The notes beneath the pieces are model-generated. The model saw nothing but the letters and a program-made list of their open reading frames with translations, did no database searches and was not told the origin of the DNA. A DNA stretch of 63,254 nt, filler included, from Octopus bimaculoides (taxonomy: Eukaryota), in assembly GCF_001194135.2 (NCBI RefSeq). It is 6 parts of 6 records of this genome, joined end to end, with 100 filler letters (N's around TTAATTAATTAA, not from the genome) between each part and the next. Parts side by side here need not be neighbours in the genome. Positions count along the whole stretch, not along the records: positions 23,990 to 47,961 come from NC_069004.1; positions 48,062 to 56,223 come from NC_069006.1; 4 more parts are not named here. The stretch is one strand, 5' to 3'. Numbering within the stretch: the stretch's first letter is position 1; each line of letters begins with the position of its first letter. The position numbers and the translations under genes were made by a program. This document shows, piece by piece, positions 38,041 to 51,805 of this stretch.

Positions 38041-39016
38041 CAGGGAAGCAGGCAGACAGAGATGATGCATTTAAAAAAAATTCTGTTAGCTTGCTTCCCT
38101 CGATTCAACACGATGTGTGTTTATAGTGATGTATATTGTATGTGGTGTTTAACGATTTAAAGTCTATTTATCAGCATATTGGCATTATTTATAATTGTGT
38201 ATATACGTATATACACAACAACAACTGAAGCGTGGAAGATATTTATATGCCATTTAAGAAAACACAAAAAACCCGTTAGATTCACTTCAGCATTTAAATT
38301 GAATTTGTGTCAAAATATTTTCGTCGCTTTGAAACCGCGACCTGTTCGCTGATGCAACAAAAGGTTTTGTTTTTGTTCTTGTTTCTGCACACGATCTCCG
38401 AGCAAGTCACTTACTATGTAAGTATATCTCCTATATATGTATATATACACATATATACTAGTCATTGACTGATATTACGTTAATTTAATTAGAAAATAAG
38501 GGAGATAATTCAGGATACGTTTCAGATTTATTTTGATCTCATCAATGATTTATATAGCCTTAACTGTACATATTGAGAACGTGATGCAAGTTTTACTTCG
38601 TAAAAATAAAATATATAATCATTCATTTGTTGCTGGCGTAAAATTAAATTATTTAGCAATAAAATAGTTCGAAGGTAACAACCACATGAGATTGCCGCGG
38701 CTGTGTAAGTGTTGCCTTTTATGAAATAGATAAATAAATAAAGTGGAAAAGTGTGAAGGCGGTGTTGACGGAAGGTGCAAAAAGCTGATGAGTTTAAAAT
38801 TGAAATGTTTAAAGGAGAAAGAAGACAACAAAACTGAATATATAAATATAATATTGAGCAGATAAGCATAATATCGAATAGATAAATGAATAATATTGAA
38901 TATATAAATATGAAATTACCATGATACATAAACATACACACACACATATATATATACACAAATACAGAGAGAGGGGGAGTGAGACAGAAGGGGTGAGAGA
39001 GGGGAGTGAGAAAGAG

Positions 39017-39070
<54 letters not shown>

Positions 39071-40241
39071 GTGTGTATCTGTGTGTGTCTGTGTGTCTGT
39101 GTAATTATTCAGGTTTTTTTCAAGATTTCTTGCCAATAGAGGAGCCGGTTTCTAACCTAGATCCAAGGCTGCTTCACTGGAATTTCCTCATCAACAGGGT
39201 ATTTGTGTGTGCTTGTGTGTATGTGTGCTGTACCAGAGTCAGCGCATGTGCAGTTTTGTAATATTTTCCTTTACGTATGTGTTTTCGTGCATATAATTGC
39301 ATGTGTGGTGCATATACACATAAATGCTGAAATCTTGATGTTCGTTTGTCGTTTTGTGTTGTGTCTTGTAACTGACTGAGTAGAGAAATAGACATTGATA
39401 AACTAAGTGCCGAGACTGACATATAAGTACTGGAAAAGATGACGTCGACTAAATCTTTCTAAGCGTTGCTCCAGCATGGCCGCATTCCTATGATTGGAAC
39501 CAGTTAGAGAATAAAAGAATAACATCAAAATCTTTCTATCCTAACAACCGCTGCTTATCCGGTTTCTGTTATAAACAAGTGACCGAGATCACAAGGTCTG
39601 TTGCAGAATTCGAGGCCAGCAATTTTGAGGGGAGGAGCAAGACGTTTACATCGACCCTAGTACTTGACTGGTTTCCCTTATTTCACCGAAGCTGAAAGAA
39701 TGAAAGACAAATGCAAACCCCCTTTTACCTCTAGAAAAAGGAGTTTCATTTTATTCTAGTACCCTTCCTTTCACTTGTCCACCAGATCTCAGAGCCATGA
39801 GATCCACAACAACCACACTGTAACAAGGACTGAATCATAAAATAGAAGGATATGCTAGTCTCTATCAATGCTACTCCATCAGCCAAACATACCACGAATT
39901 TTCTGATCTAAGATGACCACCAAAAACTATCCTACACATTTTGTCATTTAAAATTGCTGCGTCTGGTAAAATATCTTTACGACAGAAATAACAGCACTCT
40001 GAAGGATCGAGCATGGATATGTATTTAAGAAGTTCGACTTCATAACGACGCGTTTTCGAGTTCGATTACACTGTAGGACTTCTACAACCATAGCTTCGGA
40101 TCGGGCAGAGCCTTGTGAATTCAGTAAAGGGAAACCTGTGTGAAAGAGGGTGTCGGGGGAAAGAAAATATTCCTCTTCTCATGACATAAAACTTTGTCCA
40201 CTTTAACACCATATGTCTTTGAATGCTTGAAATGAAACCCA

Positions 40242-40328
<87 letters not shown>

Positions 40329-41373
40329 ATTATCCAATTTTCCTTCAATATTTATTGCCAGTTGGGAAGAAGCCGCTTTGAAACCTAGATACAAGGGATC
40401 ATTCATTGGAATTTCAACATCAACAGTGTATTTTTGTATGTATGTCTGTATAATGTAGTATTTGGAAGTCAGTGCATGTGTAGATTTGGAAGTTTTGTTT
40501 TATGTATTCTCATGCATATAGCTGCATGTGTATGTATGTATGTATGCATGTAGATAGGTAGGTAGGTAGGTAGGTAGGTAGGTCGTGTGCGTGTGTTGTA
40601 GTATCTAACATTGGCAAACACTCGGTAACGTTTATCATTATCTAGATAGGAAGTTGGATCTAATAGTCCTCTTCATTATTATAAGCAGGCACTTCGTAAT
40701 AGTGGTTTCAGTAATGAAATACAATATACTATTCACATTAATTTCCCCAAGCGTGAGACAGACAAACACATCTTCTATAACATAATCCAATATTTATTCT
40801 AAATGCTGATCTCATATTGCCAGAGACAGCTTAAATTTAATTTCTCTACATTTTCCAATATATTATGAATATCATAAACGTTTTGATAGGATGGAAATTA
40901 AAGTCAGCTGTAAGAACTTTACAACTTCCATCAACGAATTTAACCTCTAAAACCTATCCAATAACATTTACATAATTTTTCCTCATATTTCTAACCGCAT
41001 TATTTTTAAGATAAATATCTTTCCGGCAATAATTACCTTTCGAAAACATTTTTAATCTATTTCGTTAATGTCCAGTTCAACAATAATATTCCCCCCAGGT
41101 GTACTATTGGTCGTACCGAAAACTAGATTTATCACATTATTCATACCTCTAAGGATTCTAAATGATATATGCCACAACTCTCCTAAAGTATATCAGGTTT
41201 TTTTTAAAGAAATGGAACGTTTAGCCATTGGCTTTCTTTTGATCAGTAAGAAGTTATCCTTATTGCAAAATGATATTGAATTGAATTAGGATTCACAGAA
41301 TATAAGTTTCTGCCGATATTCATCGAAATAGCCACTTCCAACTTATATATATTGGTTAAATTAGAGTATTAGA

Positions 41374-41422
<49 letters not shown>

Positions 41423-41442
41423 TGATTTTTTGTATATGTAAA

Positions 41443-42538
41443 TACTAGCTGGTGTACCCGGGGGTAAAGAAGTTCTATTGAAATGCCTTATTACTCTGAT
41501 ATGAGAAAGCAATTTCGTTATAACTGCAACGAAAGGTGTATTTTCCATCACGAAAAAGTAAAAAAAAACCGTCAGGTGGAGGAGGGAGAAATTGTTGGAG
41601 GTTGGCGAGAGAGGTTTTCGGAGGCTGGCGAGAAAGATTGTCGGAGGTTGGTGAGAGAGGTTATATAAATATATGAATGAAGTGTTTGAAGAAAGTGCAA
41701 TAATAACGTTCACACTCACTGCTGGTTGCTCTCAGTAACTGCCTTTAGCTTACGGAGTTCTTGGTTTTATAACTATTAAAAAGCAGTCAGAAGGATAGAC
41801 ACATTGTTGAGCACAAATGATTTCGTTGGAGGTCTGTTATCTCCATTTCAGTCAGTGGTGGCCTAGAAGAGGTTACAAGGGTCAAACGGCAAAGACATTA
41901 TTCTGCTTAGCGAAAGCATCTCGGAAATGTATCACTGCTGTCATTCACAGAAAATCTATTGTTTCACCGTGAGAAAAGCGCTGTTGAAGTGTTAAGTGAA
42001 ATTTGGCAATTGAGGATCGAATCCACGCTATACCTGCATGAAGCCACTACAAATACGTTGTAGAATAAAAAATTTATCTACTGTCATGGAAAAAGTGTAA
42101 CTGTAAAAATGCAGAATTATCGGAGTATTGAGCATTCATAAAGGTGTGTATGTATAGAAATATATGAATGAAGTCTTTAATGTTTAAGATTCAAATTAAG
42201 GAAGTGCAATAATAATGTTTATCAGTTCAAAACTATGAGTAGTGGAACGCAGAATTAGGTCGGCTGATCGTGAGAATCAAATATTGATCGCTTCGATAAA
42301 AACTGCAGGTGGTATGGGTTATTTCTCTTGGGTTGTTTAAATAAAATATTAGTAATATGTAGTAGATAGGAGGATCCATTGGAGGGTCCGTATTATCGAT
42401 TTTTTTCAAAAAACTATGTTATGAAGTTTCCAGACATGAGTTCTACTCACATGTCAAATAAAGTGATATTGTCTGCAAAAATTAGGCCGTGAAGGTTAAC
42501 GTGTTGAATCTTTTTTATAGATATGGAATTTTATAGAT
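41443..42538 (+). mobile_element. Possible non-autonomous Helitron-like element (Lep1-type ends)
   Basis: Starts TACTAGCTGGTGTACCCGG. The 3' part has ...TAGGCCGTGAAG... and ends TTTTATAGAT. An internal duplicate AAATATATGAATGAAGT...GAA(A)GTGCAATAATAA lies at ~41665 and ~42158. The family assignment is from recalled end motifs. Confidence 0.4.
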
Positions 42539-44875
42539 ATGGTTTTTGCCGAAATGCTAAGTTACAAAGACGTGCACAAACCAACATCACTTGTCAAGCA
42601 GTGGAAGTGACAAATGCACACAGTTTCCGTCTACCAAATTTATTCTCAGTGTATTGGACAGACAGAGTTTATAGTTGAAGATACTTACTCCAAGTGCCGC
42701 GCGCTGAGACTGAAATTAAAACTACATAGCAGCAAAGCAAGTTTCTAAAACACATAGTCATGCCTGCACCTATAGCCATGACTCCCCCTATTGTCGAGAC
42801 GGCCATCAAAAACATTTTTGCATTGTTTTATCTATTCCTGTACGTGTGCGTATGTGTAACACCCACAAATCACGTCAGCCATTTTGAACCAGAATTTATT
42901 CTCAAATATTTTATAGTCATTCCCCCTTTGTGTTATTTTCTCAGTATATTGCAACGAAAAAAATCTGAATAGAAACTGTCTACTTCATTTAAGTTATTAC
43001 TTATTTAATATTATCATATAATGCTTAATTCTCGAAATGTTTTATAACAGATAAGTGCCCCAAAATATATAAAATCTCTAAATGTTTCAAATATGCTAAA
43101 AAAAATTTTCTAAACATAATTAGCCGGATGACGGATCATTAAACTAGTTACAAACTGATAAAGAAAATCAAATTTTAAAAATATAGAGCTTCTTACACAG
43201 ACGTGAAGCTTTAGATTTTGCAGGAGAAATTAAGATTAATTTTGATTTTTATGTTGAAAATATGTTAAACACTTTAACTAATCTGATAATACAATTTTAA
43301 ATATTATTTCGAAAAATAAAACTGGTTTCTTAAAAAATAAACAAANNNNNNNNNNNNNNNNNNNNNNNNNNNNNNNNNNNNNNNNNNNNNNNNNNNNNNN
43401 NNNNNNNNNNNNNNNNNNNNNNNNNNNNNNNNNNNNNNNNNNNNNNNNNNNNNNNNNNNNNNNNNNNNNNNNNNNNNNNNNNNNNNNNNNNNNNNNNNNN
43501 NNNNNNNNNNNNNNNNNNNNNNNNNNNNNNNNNNNNNNNNNNNNNNNNNNNNNNNNNNNNNNNNNNNNNNNNNNNNNNNNNNNNNNNNNNNNNNNNNNNN
43601 NNNNNNNNNNNNNNNNNNNNNNNNNNNNNNNNNNNNNNNNNNNNNNNNNNNNNNNNNNNNNNNNNNNNNNNNNNNNNNNNNNNNNNNNNNNNNNNNNNNN
43701 NNNNNNNNNNNNNNNNNNNNNNNNNNNNNNNNNNNNNNNNNNNNNNNNNNNNNNNNNNNNNNNNNNNNNNNNNNNNNNNNNNNNNNNNNNNNNNNNNNNN
43801 NNNNNNNNNNNNNNNNNNNNNNNNNNNNNNNNNNNNNNNNNNNNNNNNNNNNNNNNNNNNNNNNNNNNNNNNNNNNNNNNNNNNNNNNNNNNNNNNNNNN
43901 NNNNNNNNNNNNNNNNNNNNNNNNNNNNNNNNNNNNNNNNNNNNNNNNNNNNNNNNNNNNNNNNNNNNNNNNNNNNNNNNNNNNNNNNNNNNNNNNNNNN
44001 NNNNNNNNNNNNNNNNNNNNNNNNNNNNNNNNNNNNNNNNNNNNNNNNNNNNNNNNNNNNNNNNNNNNNNNNNNNNNNNNNNNNNNNNNNNNNNNNNNNN
44101 NNNNNNNNNNNNNNNNNNNNNNNNNNNNNNNNNNNNNNNNNNNNNNNNNNNNNNNNNNNNNNNNNNNNNNNNNNNNNNNNNNNNNNNNNNNNNNNNNNNN
44201 NNNNNNNNNNNNNNNNNNNNNNNNNNNNNNNNNNNNNNNNNNNNNNNNNNNNNNNNNNNNNNNNNNNNNNNNNNNNNNNNNNNNNNNNNNNNNNNNNNNN
44301 NNNNNNNNNNNNNNNNNNNNNNNNNNNNNNNNNNNNNATATATATATATATATAGTGTAGTATGCGTGTTGGGAACGAGTTTATGTATCAGCCTAGCGAA
44401 CCTTCGTAACCAATTTTCTTTTCTCTGGAACAATGCCATTCCATTGTAGAATGGTAATATAAATTAATTGAGTTTTAATAGAGTGAAAATACTAAAACTT
44501 GCTCAGATTACAACCTTTAAATATAAATGAACTATGTTTATCTCCAATTTCTGTCTCTGGGTCAATTTTTCACTTTATATGTATGTGCATGTATGTGTAT
44601 GTACGTGTATATATATGTGCAAGCATACACATATATATATACATACATAAATATAAACATACGTGCATAAATATATATATGTGTAGATATGCATGTATAT
44701 ATACATAAATGTGAAAAAAGGTTATGTTCATATACATATATATGTGTGTATATACATGTACATGTAAGTATATATAAATATGTGTGTGTATGTGTGTACG
44801 CATGTATTTGTACATGATACCCATGTATGCGCTAACTTTAAAATAGAATATTTAATTCAACGTTTACACAGAAAC

Positions 44876-44949
<74 letters not shown>

Positions 44950-45464
44950 GTTGAGTGATTGATTGATTGATTTCTCGTAGGTTGCCAAGCATTAATAGTA
45001 AAGAGATATTACGGTTCATTGAAACTCACTCCCTGAAACTAAAGTAGATAGGAAAACATTAGTAAACAGCACTTCCATACTATATAAAACTAGATGAAAA
45101 TTAGATTAAGGTAAGTTAACTGAATTAATTGTAGTGATAAAACTCTTGAGTTTTATTACAAGAAAAATACCAATCAAAAATCAACATATAGATACGGCAC
45201 CTGAAGAATAAACTCCGAAAGTATAATAGAATTGACACCTGAACAATTTTAGGTTCGGTAAAGATTTCTTTTATTTATTTATTTACGTCCTCCTCGTCAT
45301 CATGTGTTGCGCAGAACAAACTCTATGCAATTGTGTTTTGACTCATATGACGTCATTTGTTGAAGATGTTACTTGCAAGTTAACAGGGCGTGAATATGTC
45401 GTGGAACCTTACTGCTTGTGGTTTAGCATAAAGGATTTTATCGGAACTATATAAATCATAAATA

Positions 45465-45506
45465 AAGCTTTCTACTAAAGGCACAAGACCTGAAATTTTT
45501 CCCTTC

Positions 45507-45554
<48 letters not shown>

Positions 45555-45950
45555 GTGGCATGCGATGGGGTGGTCTACTCGATTACATCGACCCCGGTGT
45601 TTCACTGGTACTTAATTTCTCGACCTCGAAAGGATGAAAGGCAAAGTCGATCTCGGCGGGATTTGAACGTAGCGACAAGTGAAAAACCGCTAAGCATTTC
45701 ACCCAGCGTGCCAACTCACCGCCTTATTTAAATCATTAATAATCCTTCCTACTAAAGGAACAAGGGGATAAATTTGGGAAGAAGGGGCCTACATAGACCT
45801 CAATGTTCCACTGGTACTTAATTTATCGACCCCGAAAGGTTGAAAGGCAACGTCGACCTCGGTAGAATTTGAACTCAGAACGCAGCGACGGGTGAAATAC
45901 CATTAGGCATTTCGTCCAACGCGCTAACGATTCTGCCAGCTCGCCGCCTT
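45465..45950 (-). mobile_element. Two tandem SINE family B copies; the first carries a ~45-nt poly(T) insert
   Basis: Two AAAGGCAA(A/C)GTCGA(T/C)CTCGG...GGATTTGAAC-type blocks. Confidence 0.85.
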
Positions 45951-46184
45951 GTTTAAAATCATTAATAATGACTAGAGTAAATTCCTTCTACTTGTTGTTG
46001 CGTTAAGCAGGACTTTCTAGTGATACTATGAGTTTGAGGGAGATCTATGTTAGATCTAATTGTCACGGCTCTTCTCAATTTCATTAGCAACCCTAAGAAC
46101 ATTTCTTCATTATTTCCGTGTTCACAAACTTCAGTGACATAGTAACAGAGCTTTTTTTCCTCCCCAGAGAGGTACAAGGCGGTT

Positions 46185-46267
46185 TGACTCAATCGTTTTC
46201 GCGTCGCCTGTTGACGTCACTGCTTCAACGTTCACACAATTGACATCCCCTTCTCTCTCTCTCTCTG

Positions 46268-46324
<57 letters not shown>

Positions 46325-46660
46325 TTCACTCTCCTTCTTACACTCTTTATGTGTATGGGCGTATTTCTCTTTATGTATAGGAAGAGAGGAAGAGCGTTCA
46401 TATCAGTCGTGTTTAATTAATAAACTTTAATGTCTTTGTTTATTTCTCTCGCTCTTCCTATCAGTCCGTGTATATTTTTGTGCGTGTGTACATTGTATTT
46501 ATATGTGCATGTATGCACACATGTGTTGTGTGAGTGTATGCGCGCGCCTATTTGCCTCCAGCGCCAACAAATACTGCCGCCAAATGAGGCTGAATGTTCC
46601 GTCAGCCGTGTCAAAACGTCAGCGCGCAAACTGCTTTGCCTGCTGGTCTCACTCCGCACC
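46185..46660. promoter_or_regulatory. CpG-rich unique patch with a full CRE palindrome and a shared ~65-bp motif
   Basis: TGACGTCA at 46212-46219. 46572-46634 is homologous to 30780-30845 in the opposite orientation. Confidence 0.3.
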
Positions 46661-47039
46661 TAAAAATGTTTCTATGGCGTTACAATCTAGATTTCACATG
46701 AAGTACCTTTATCTAAACTGGTGGTACTCAGCCAACCATTTTTTAATCTGTGTGTCCCTTTGTTTACTATTTTATGCTGGTGGACTCCTATAGCCATTCA
46801 ATGTTTAAAAACTAGTTTTATAGATATTTCTTTCAAAATTCCTATTTTGCTTTTCACACATTAATTTGCGTAGGTTGAACAATGTAAAACACTAGCGAAA
46901 GGAACCTTGCAATACATAAATTTAAATCAAACCTTTTTATGGATCCTAAAAAAACTACAGTTGATGCCCAATTTACGATTTTTCTAACGTGGATCCCTAA
47001 AAATCTTAAGTGGACCACTAATCAAAATGTATCTGGAAT

Positions 47040-47583
47040 GGCTGTGTGGTAAGTAGCTTGCTAACAAACCACATGGTTCCGGGTTCATTCCCACTGCGTG
47101 GCACCTTCGGCAAGTGTCTTCTACTATAGCCTCAGGCCAACCAAAGCCTTGTGAGTGNNNNNNNNNNCTTCTACTATAGCCTCAGGCCAACCAAAGCCTT
47201 GTGAGTGGATTTGGTAGACTGAAACTGAAAGAAGCTTGTCGTATATATGTATATATATACATACATATGTATGTATATATATATAGGTATATATATATAC
47301 ATACATATGTATGTATATATATATATACATACATATGTATGTATTTGTGTCTGTGCTTGTCCCCCCTCCATCACCACTTGACAATTAGTTTTGGTGTGTT
47401 CATGTCCCTGTAACGTAGCGGTTCGGCAAAAGAATTCAATTGAGTAAGTAACTAGGTTTAAAAAATAAGTCCTGGGGCCGATTTGTTCGACTAAAACACT
47501 TCAAGGAGGTGCCCCAGCATGGCCAAACTAATTGTCAAGTGGTGATGGGGGGACAAACACAGACACAAATACATACATATGTA

Positions 47584-47615
<32 letters not shown>

Positions 47616-47760
47616 CGACAGGCTTCTTTCAGTTTCCGTCTACCAAATCCACTCACAAGGCTTCGGTCCGCCTGAGGCCAGAGTATAAGACACTTGCCCA
47701 AGGACTGAACCCGGAACCATGTGGTTGGGAAGCAAACTTCTTACCACACAGCCACGCTTG
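47040..47760. mobile_element. SINE family A (+, 47040-47520) followed by an inverted copy of its 5' part (-, 47525-47760)
   Basis: The reverse-complement match includes the private variant CCACTTGACAATTAGTTT. Confidence 0.85.
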
Positions 47761-48061
47761 TGTCTAGATTTTATTTATACGCGTTTATTTCTAATTAGCA
47801 AACGTCTAGGCTTCCTCCCCAACAATTGTGCAACTTTACAACTAAATATTTCGACTTCATTTCAAAGTAAATAAGGTAGATAGATACACACTCACATAAC
47901 ACGAAACGAAAAGCAAATAGAAATAAACATTGCAGACATCAACTTTTGATGTAAAGTTTAANNNNNNNNNNNNNNNNNNNNNNNNNNNNNNNNNNNNNNN
48001 NNNNNTTAATTAATTAANNNNNNNNNNNNNNNNNNNNNNNNNNNNNNNNNNNNNNNNNNNN

Positions 48062-48434
48062 GGCTGTGTGGTAAGTAGCTTGCTTACCAACCACATGGTT
48101 CCGGGTTCAGTCCCACTGCGTGGCACCTTGGGCAAGTGTCTTCTACTATAGCCTCGGGTCGACCAAAGCCTTGTGAGTGGATTTGGTAGACGGAAACTGA
48201 AAGAAGCCTGTCGTACATATGTATATGCATATATATATGTATGTGTTTGTGCGTCTGTGTTTGTCCACCCAACATCGCTTGACAACCGATGCTGGTGTGT
48301 TTACGTCCCTGCAACTTAGCGGTTCGGCAAAAGAGACCAATTGAATTAGTCCTGGGGTCGATTTGCTCGACTAAAGGCGGTGCTCCAGCATGGCCACAGT
48401 CAAATGACTGAAACAAGTAAAAGAGTAAAAGAGT
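48062..48434 (+). mobile_element. Full-length, near-consensus SINE family A
   Basis: All segments are present, ending GAAACAAGTAAAAGAGTAAAAGAG. Confidence 0.92.
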
Positions 48435-48949
48435 ATCCCTTTATATATAACACTCAGCAATCAACTACTGATAATATCACATTCAAACTACTGCAGTGGT
48501 CTATAACAAAGCCTGATTAATTCATCTTCAGTCACAAAAAATTTGTTTGCTTATATCCAGTAATGTGAAGGTACCTGGCCTTGTGGCTAGGCTGTTGTAC
48601 TCATGATAGCCAGATCATAGGTTCAATTCCCAGATAAGGTGGCACATTGTGTTCTTGAGCAAAGCACTTCATTCTCCTGCTGCTCCAGTGCCCCTTTCAA
48701 TCAATGACGGAAGTTGGCTTGCTCTTCAAGCCTGAAAGGTAACGTCAAAGGCTAAAACGATGCAAAGCGCATTGTGACGAGCAATGTGTAACAACGTCTG
48801 ATAGTCTGTTCCCTCACATGATCACACAGTATCCAATAACAGAAGTCCTACTGTATGATAACATTTGGTAGCCAATACTTGGAGAGGATCTTTCGGAAAC
48901 ACATTATAAGGTCATTACCCAGATTATATTAAAATATAAATGTGTGTGA

Positions 48950-49007
<58 letters not shown>

Positions 49008-49657
49008 NNNNNNNNNNNNNNNNNNNNNNNNNNNNNNNNNNNNNNNNNNNNNNNNNNNNNNNNNNNNNNNNNNNNNNNNNNNNNNNNNNNNNNNNNNNNN
49101 NNNNNNNNNNNNNNNNNNNNNNNNNNNNNNNNNNNNNNNNNNNNNNNNNNNNNNNNNNNNNNNNNNNNNNNNNNNNNNNNNNNNNNNNNNNNNNNNNNNN
49201 NNNNNNNNNNNNNNNNNNNNNNNNNNNNNNNNNNNNNNNNNNNNNNNNNNNNNNNNNNNNNNNNNNNNNNNNNNNNNNNNNNNNNNNNNNNNNNNNNNNN
49301 NNNNNNNNNNNNNNNNNNNNNNNNNNNNNNNNNNNNNNNNNNNNNNNNNNNNNNNNNNNNNNNNNATATATGTATATATATAGGTGGGGGTGTCTATCTA
49401 CCTATCTGTTTATCAACACAACAATCAGCCTGTTTATTTTCCAACGTGTATACACATTTATTTGTCTGCCTCTACTTGTCCTCTTTACCTGTATATATTT
49501 GTTTTTGCTATTTATATATATTCTAGTTGTTTTTTTTTATTTATCTGATTCTCTCTCTCTCTCACGCTCCTTCTCTTTCTTTCTCTCTATCTTTTCCTCA
49601 TCTATATATCTGCCTATCTTTCTTTATACCTATGTGTGTGTGTATTTACATGTGCAA

Positions 49658-50390
49658 AGGTGTAGGCATAGCTGTGTGGTAAGAAGTTTGTTTCCCAGCA
49701 ACTTGGTTCCAGGTTCAGTCCCACTGTGTGGCGCCTTGAGGAAGTATCTTCTATAGCAGAGCAAACCCTTGTGAATAGATTTGGTACACGGAAACTGCAA
49801 GAAGTACATTGTGTGTGCGTGTATGTGTGTTTGTGTATGAGTAGGTCTGTCCCCTTCTACTGGTTGATAATTATTGGTGGTTTGCTTGCATTCCCATAGC
49901 TTAGTGGTTCAACAAAAGAGACCGATAGAATAAGTACCAAGCTCAAAAAATGAGTGCTGGGGGTCGATTCATTCGACTCAAAATTGAAGGTGGTGCTCCA
50001 GCATGGCTGCAGTCTAAATAAAATTTAAATATTTTTTTTCCAAAATTTCAATTCTGATTGAGTACAATAATTTCCCGCTCATTTTGGGATCATAAACTCA
50101 AAGGGGAACCGACGTTTTGTTTCTTACTCTCTTTTCATAACTTAGTGACACAAGTATGGTTGTGTAGTTAAGAAACTCATTTTCCAACCATCTGGTTTGG
50201 GGTTCGAACTTTGCGCAAGTGTTGTTCATCATTGCCCAGCCACTAAATCTGTAGACGGAAACTGTGTGGGTGCCTGTCGTATATGTGTGTGCGTCTTTTT
50301 GTCTGTGTTTGTTCACCCTCTACCAGCACCTGGAGCTTAGCGGTTTCGGCAAGAGACCGATAGGATAAAGTATTAGACTTCAAAATAAGT
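49658..50390 (+). mobile_element. Two SINE family A copies (49658-50019 and ~50150-50390)
   Basis: Head and tail blocks as in other family A copies. Confidence 0.8.
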
Positions 50391-51805
50391 AAAAATTAAA
50401 ATTCTTCATCTTGACGCACTCTCTCACTCATGAATGTGTGTGCATGCGTACGCGTACGTGCGCGCGCGCGCATGAGTGAGTGCGTATGTACCTCTGTTTC
50501 CTCTCAGACTTGTCTCATCTCACGTATTTACATATAGACACACACTCTCCTTCAGTCACTCTCTCCGGTTATCTGTCTGCCTCTCTCGCTCTTTCTCTCT
50601 TTCTGTCATCTAGACTATTTTCCGTAGCCTCCTCCTCTTTCTTAATCCTGTCCAATCGTCACTCATCTAAATACTTTCTTTCTCCCTCACAATCCCTCAA
50701 ACTCTTTTTCTCTTTCTCTCCTCCAGTCTCTTTCTCTCTCTCACTCTTTCCCTTATCCCCTGTCACCTGAACTATCTTCCTGTTCCCCATATTTCTCCCT
50801 TGTCCAATCCTCACTCATCTAAGTTCTCTTTCGATCCATCGCATTCTCTCTCTCGCTCTCCGTCCTCCCCATTTCCTCTACCTCTCTCGCTCTCTATCCC
50901 TCCCTTTCATTCTAACTTTCTCTCTGTCTGTCTGTGTTTCTTCTTCGCTCTTACTGTCACCCTTATACTCTGTCATCTGGACTGTCTTCCTCTTCCCCCT
51001 CTGTCTGTCTCTCTCTCTCTCCCTCTCCCGCCCTATCTATCGGCTGCTCCAGTCAATATGGCAAGACAACAGATATTCGCTCGACACAAAAACCTACCGT
51101 TAAATGTTATTTGGCAACATGTTTGTTTTGTCCTTTGGCTTCCTGCCACGCCACCCTTCTCGCTTTCAACACTTTTACTCGCCCTAATCGCCACCTCCAT
51201 GCTCCACCAGCACCACTATCGCAACCTCCGCCTCCATATTCCACCGTCACATTATCGTTGTCACCACCACCAAGCATTACGATGCTCCACCACCAACACC
51301 ATCGTCTCGATGTCATTACCACCACCACCATCACCACCACATTCCACCATCACATCATTGCTACCGCCATCACTACCACCAACACCGCCGTCGTCTATAC
51401 TCGACTGTCACGTTACCGTCGCCTTCGCCGCCGCCGCCGCCATGCTCCGTCAGCATATCACTGCCTTCGCTTCCGCTGCCGCCACCACCGTTATCACTCC
51501 GTCTCCACCCTCTATCACTACCACTACTACCACGTCAGTGTTGGTGATGGTGGGGTTTCGTTTTTGTCATCGCAACCGCTTTCATCACAACAAACATCAG
51601 CAACACCACCACCACTTTACTGATAATGTTGTTTTACCACCACCATCAACAATTCCACCACCGTCTACAATGAAGAGCTACTATATAGAATCACTAACAC
51701 TATGGCTAACAGTAGCATCTCCACCACCACAACCACCCTCATCACCACATGCTAAAACCGTGAATAATGTGCACAACTATAGCGTTCTGATCGTAATTAT
51801 CCTGT

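Noticed and set aside
38300-38365. Hammerhead-like GTCGC:GCGAC stem followed by GAAA (minus strand)
   Set aside because: No CUGANGA-like core upstream (reads CAGCGAACAG). It may be a PLE-type end but cannot be called an HHR.
2620-44439. Long ORFs such as 2620-3657, 12930-14264, 19760-20730, 34015-34965 and 43330-44439
   Set aside because: They are open only because they cross N gaps and (AT)/(AC) microsatellites.
47119-47207. 39-bp direct duplication around 10 Ns
   Set aside because: Unmerged contig overlap within a SINE, so an assembly artefact.
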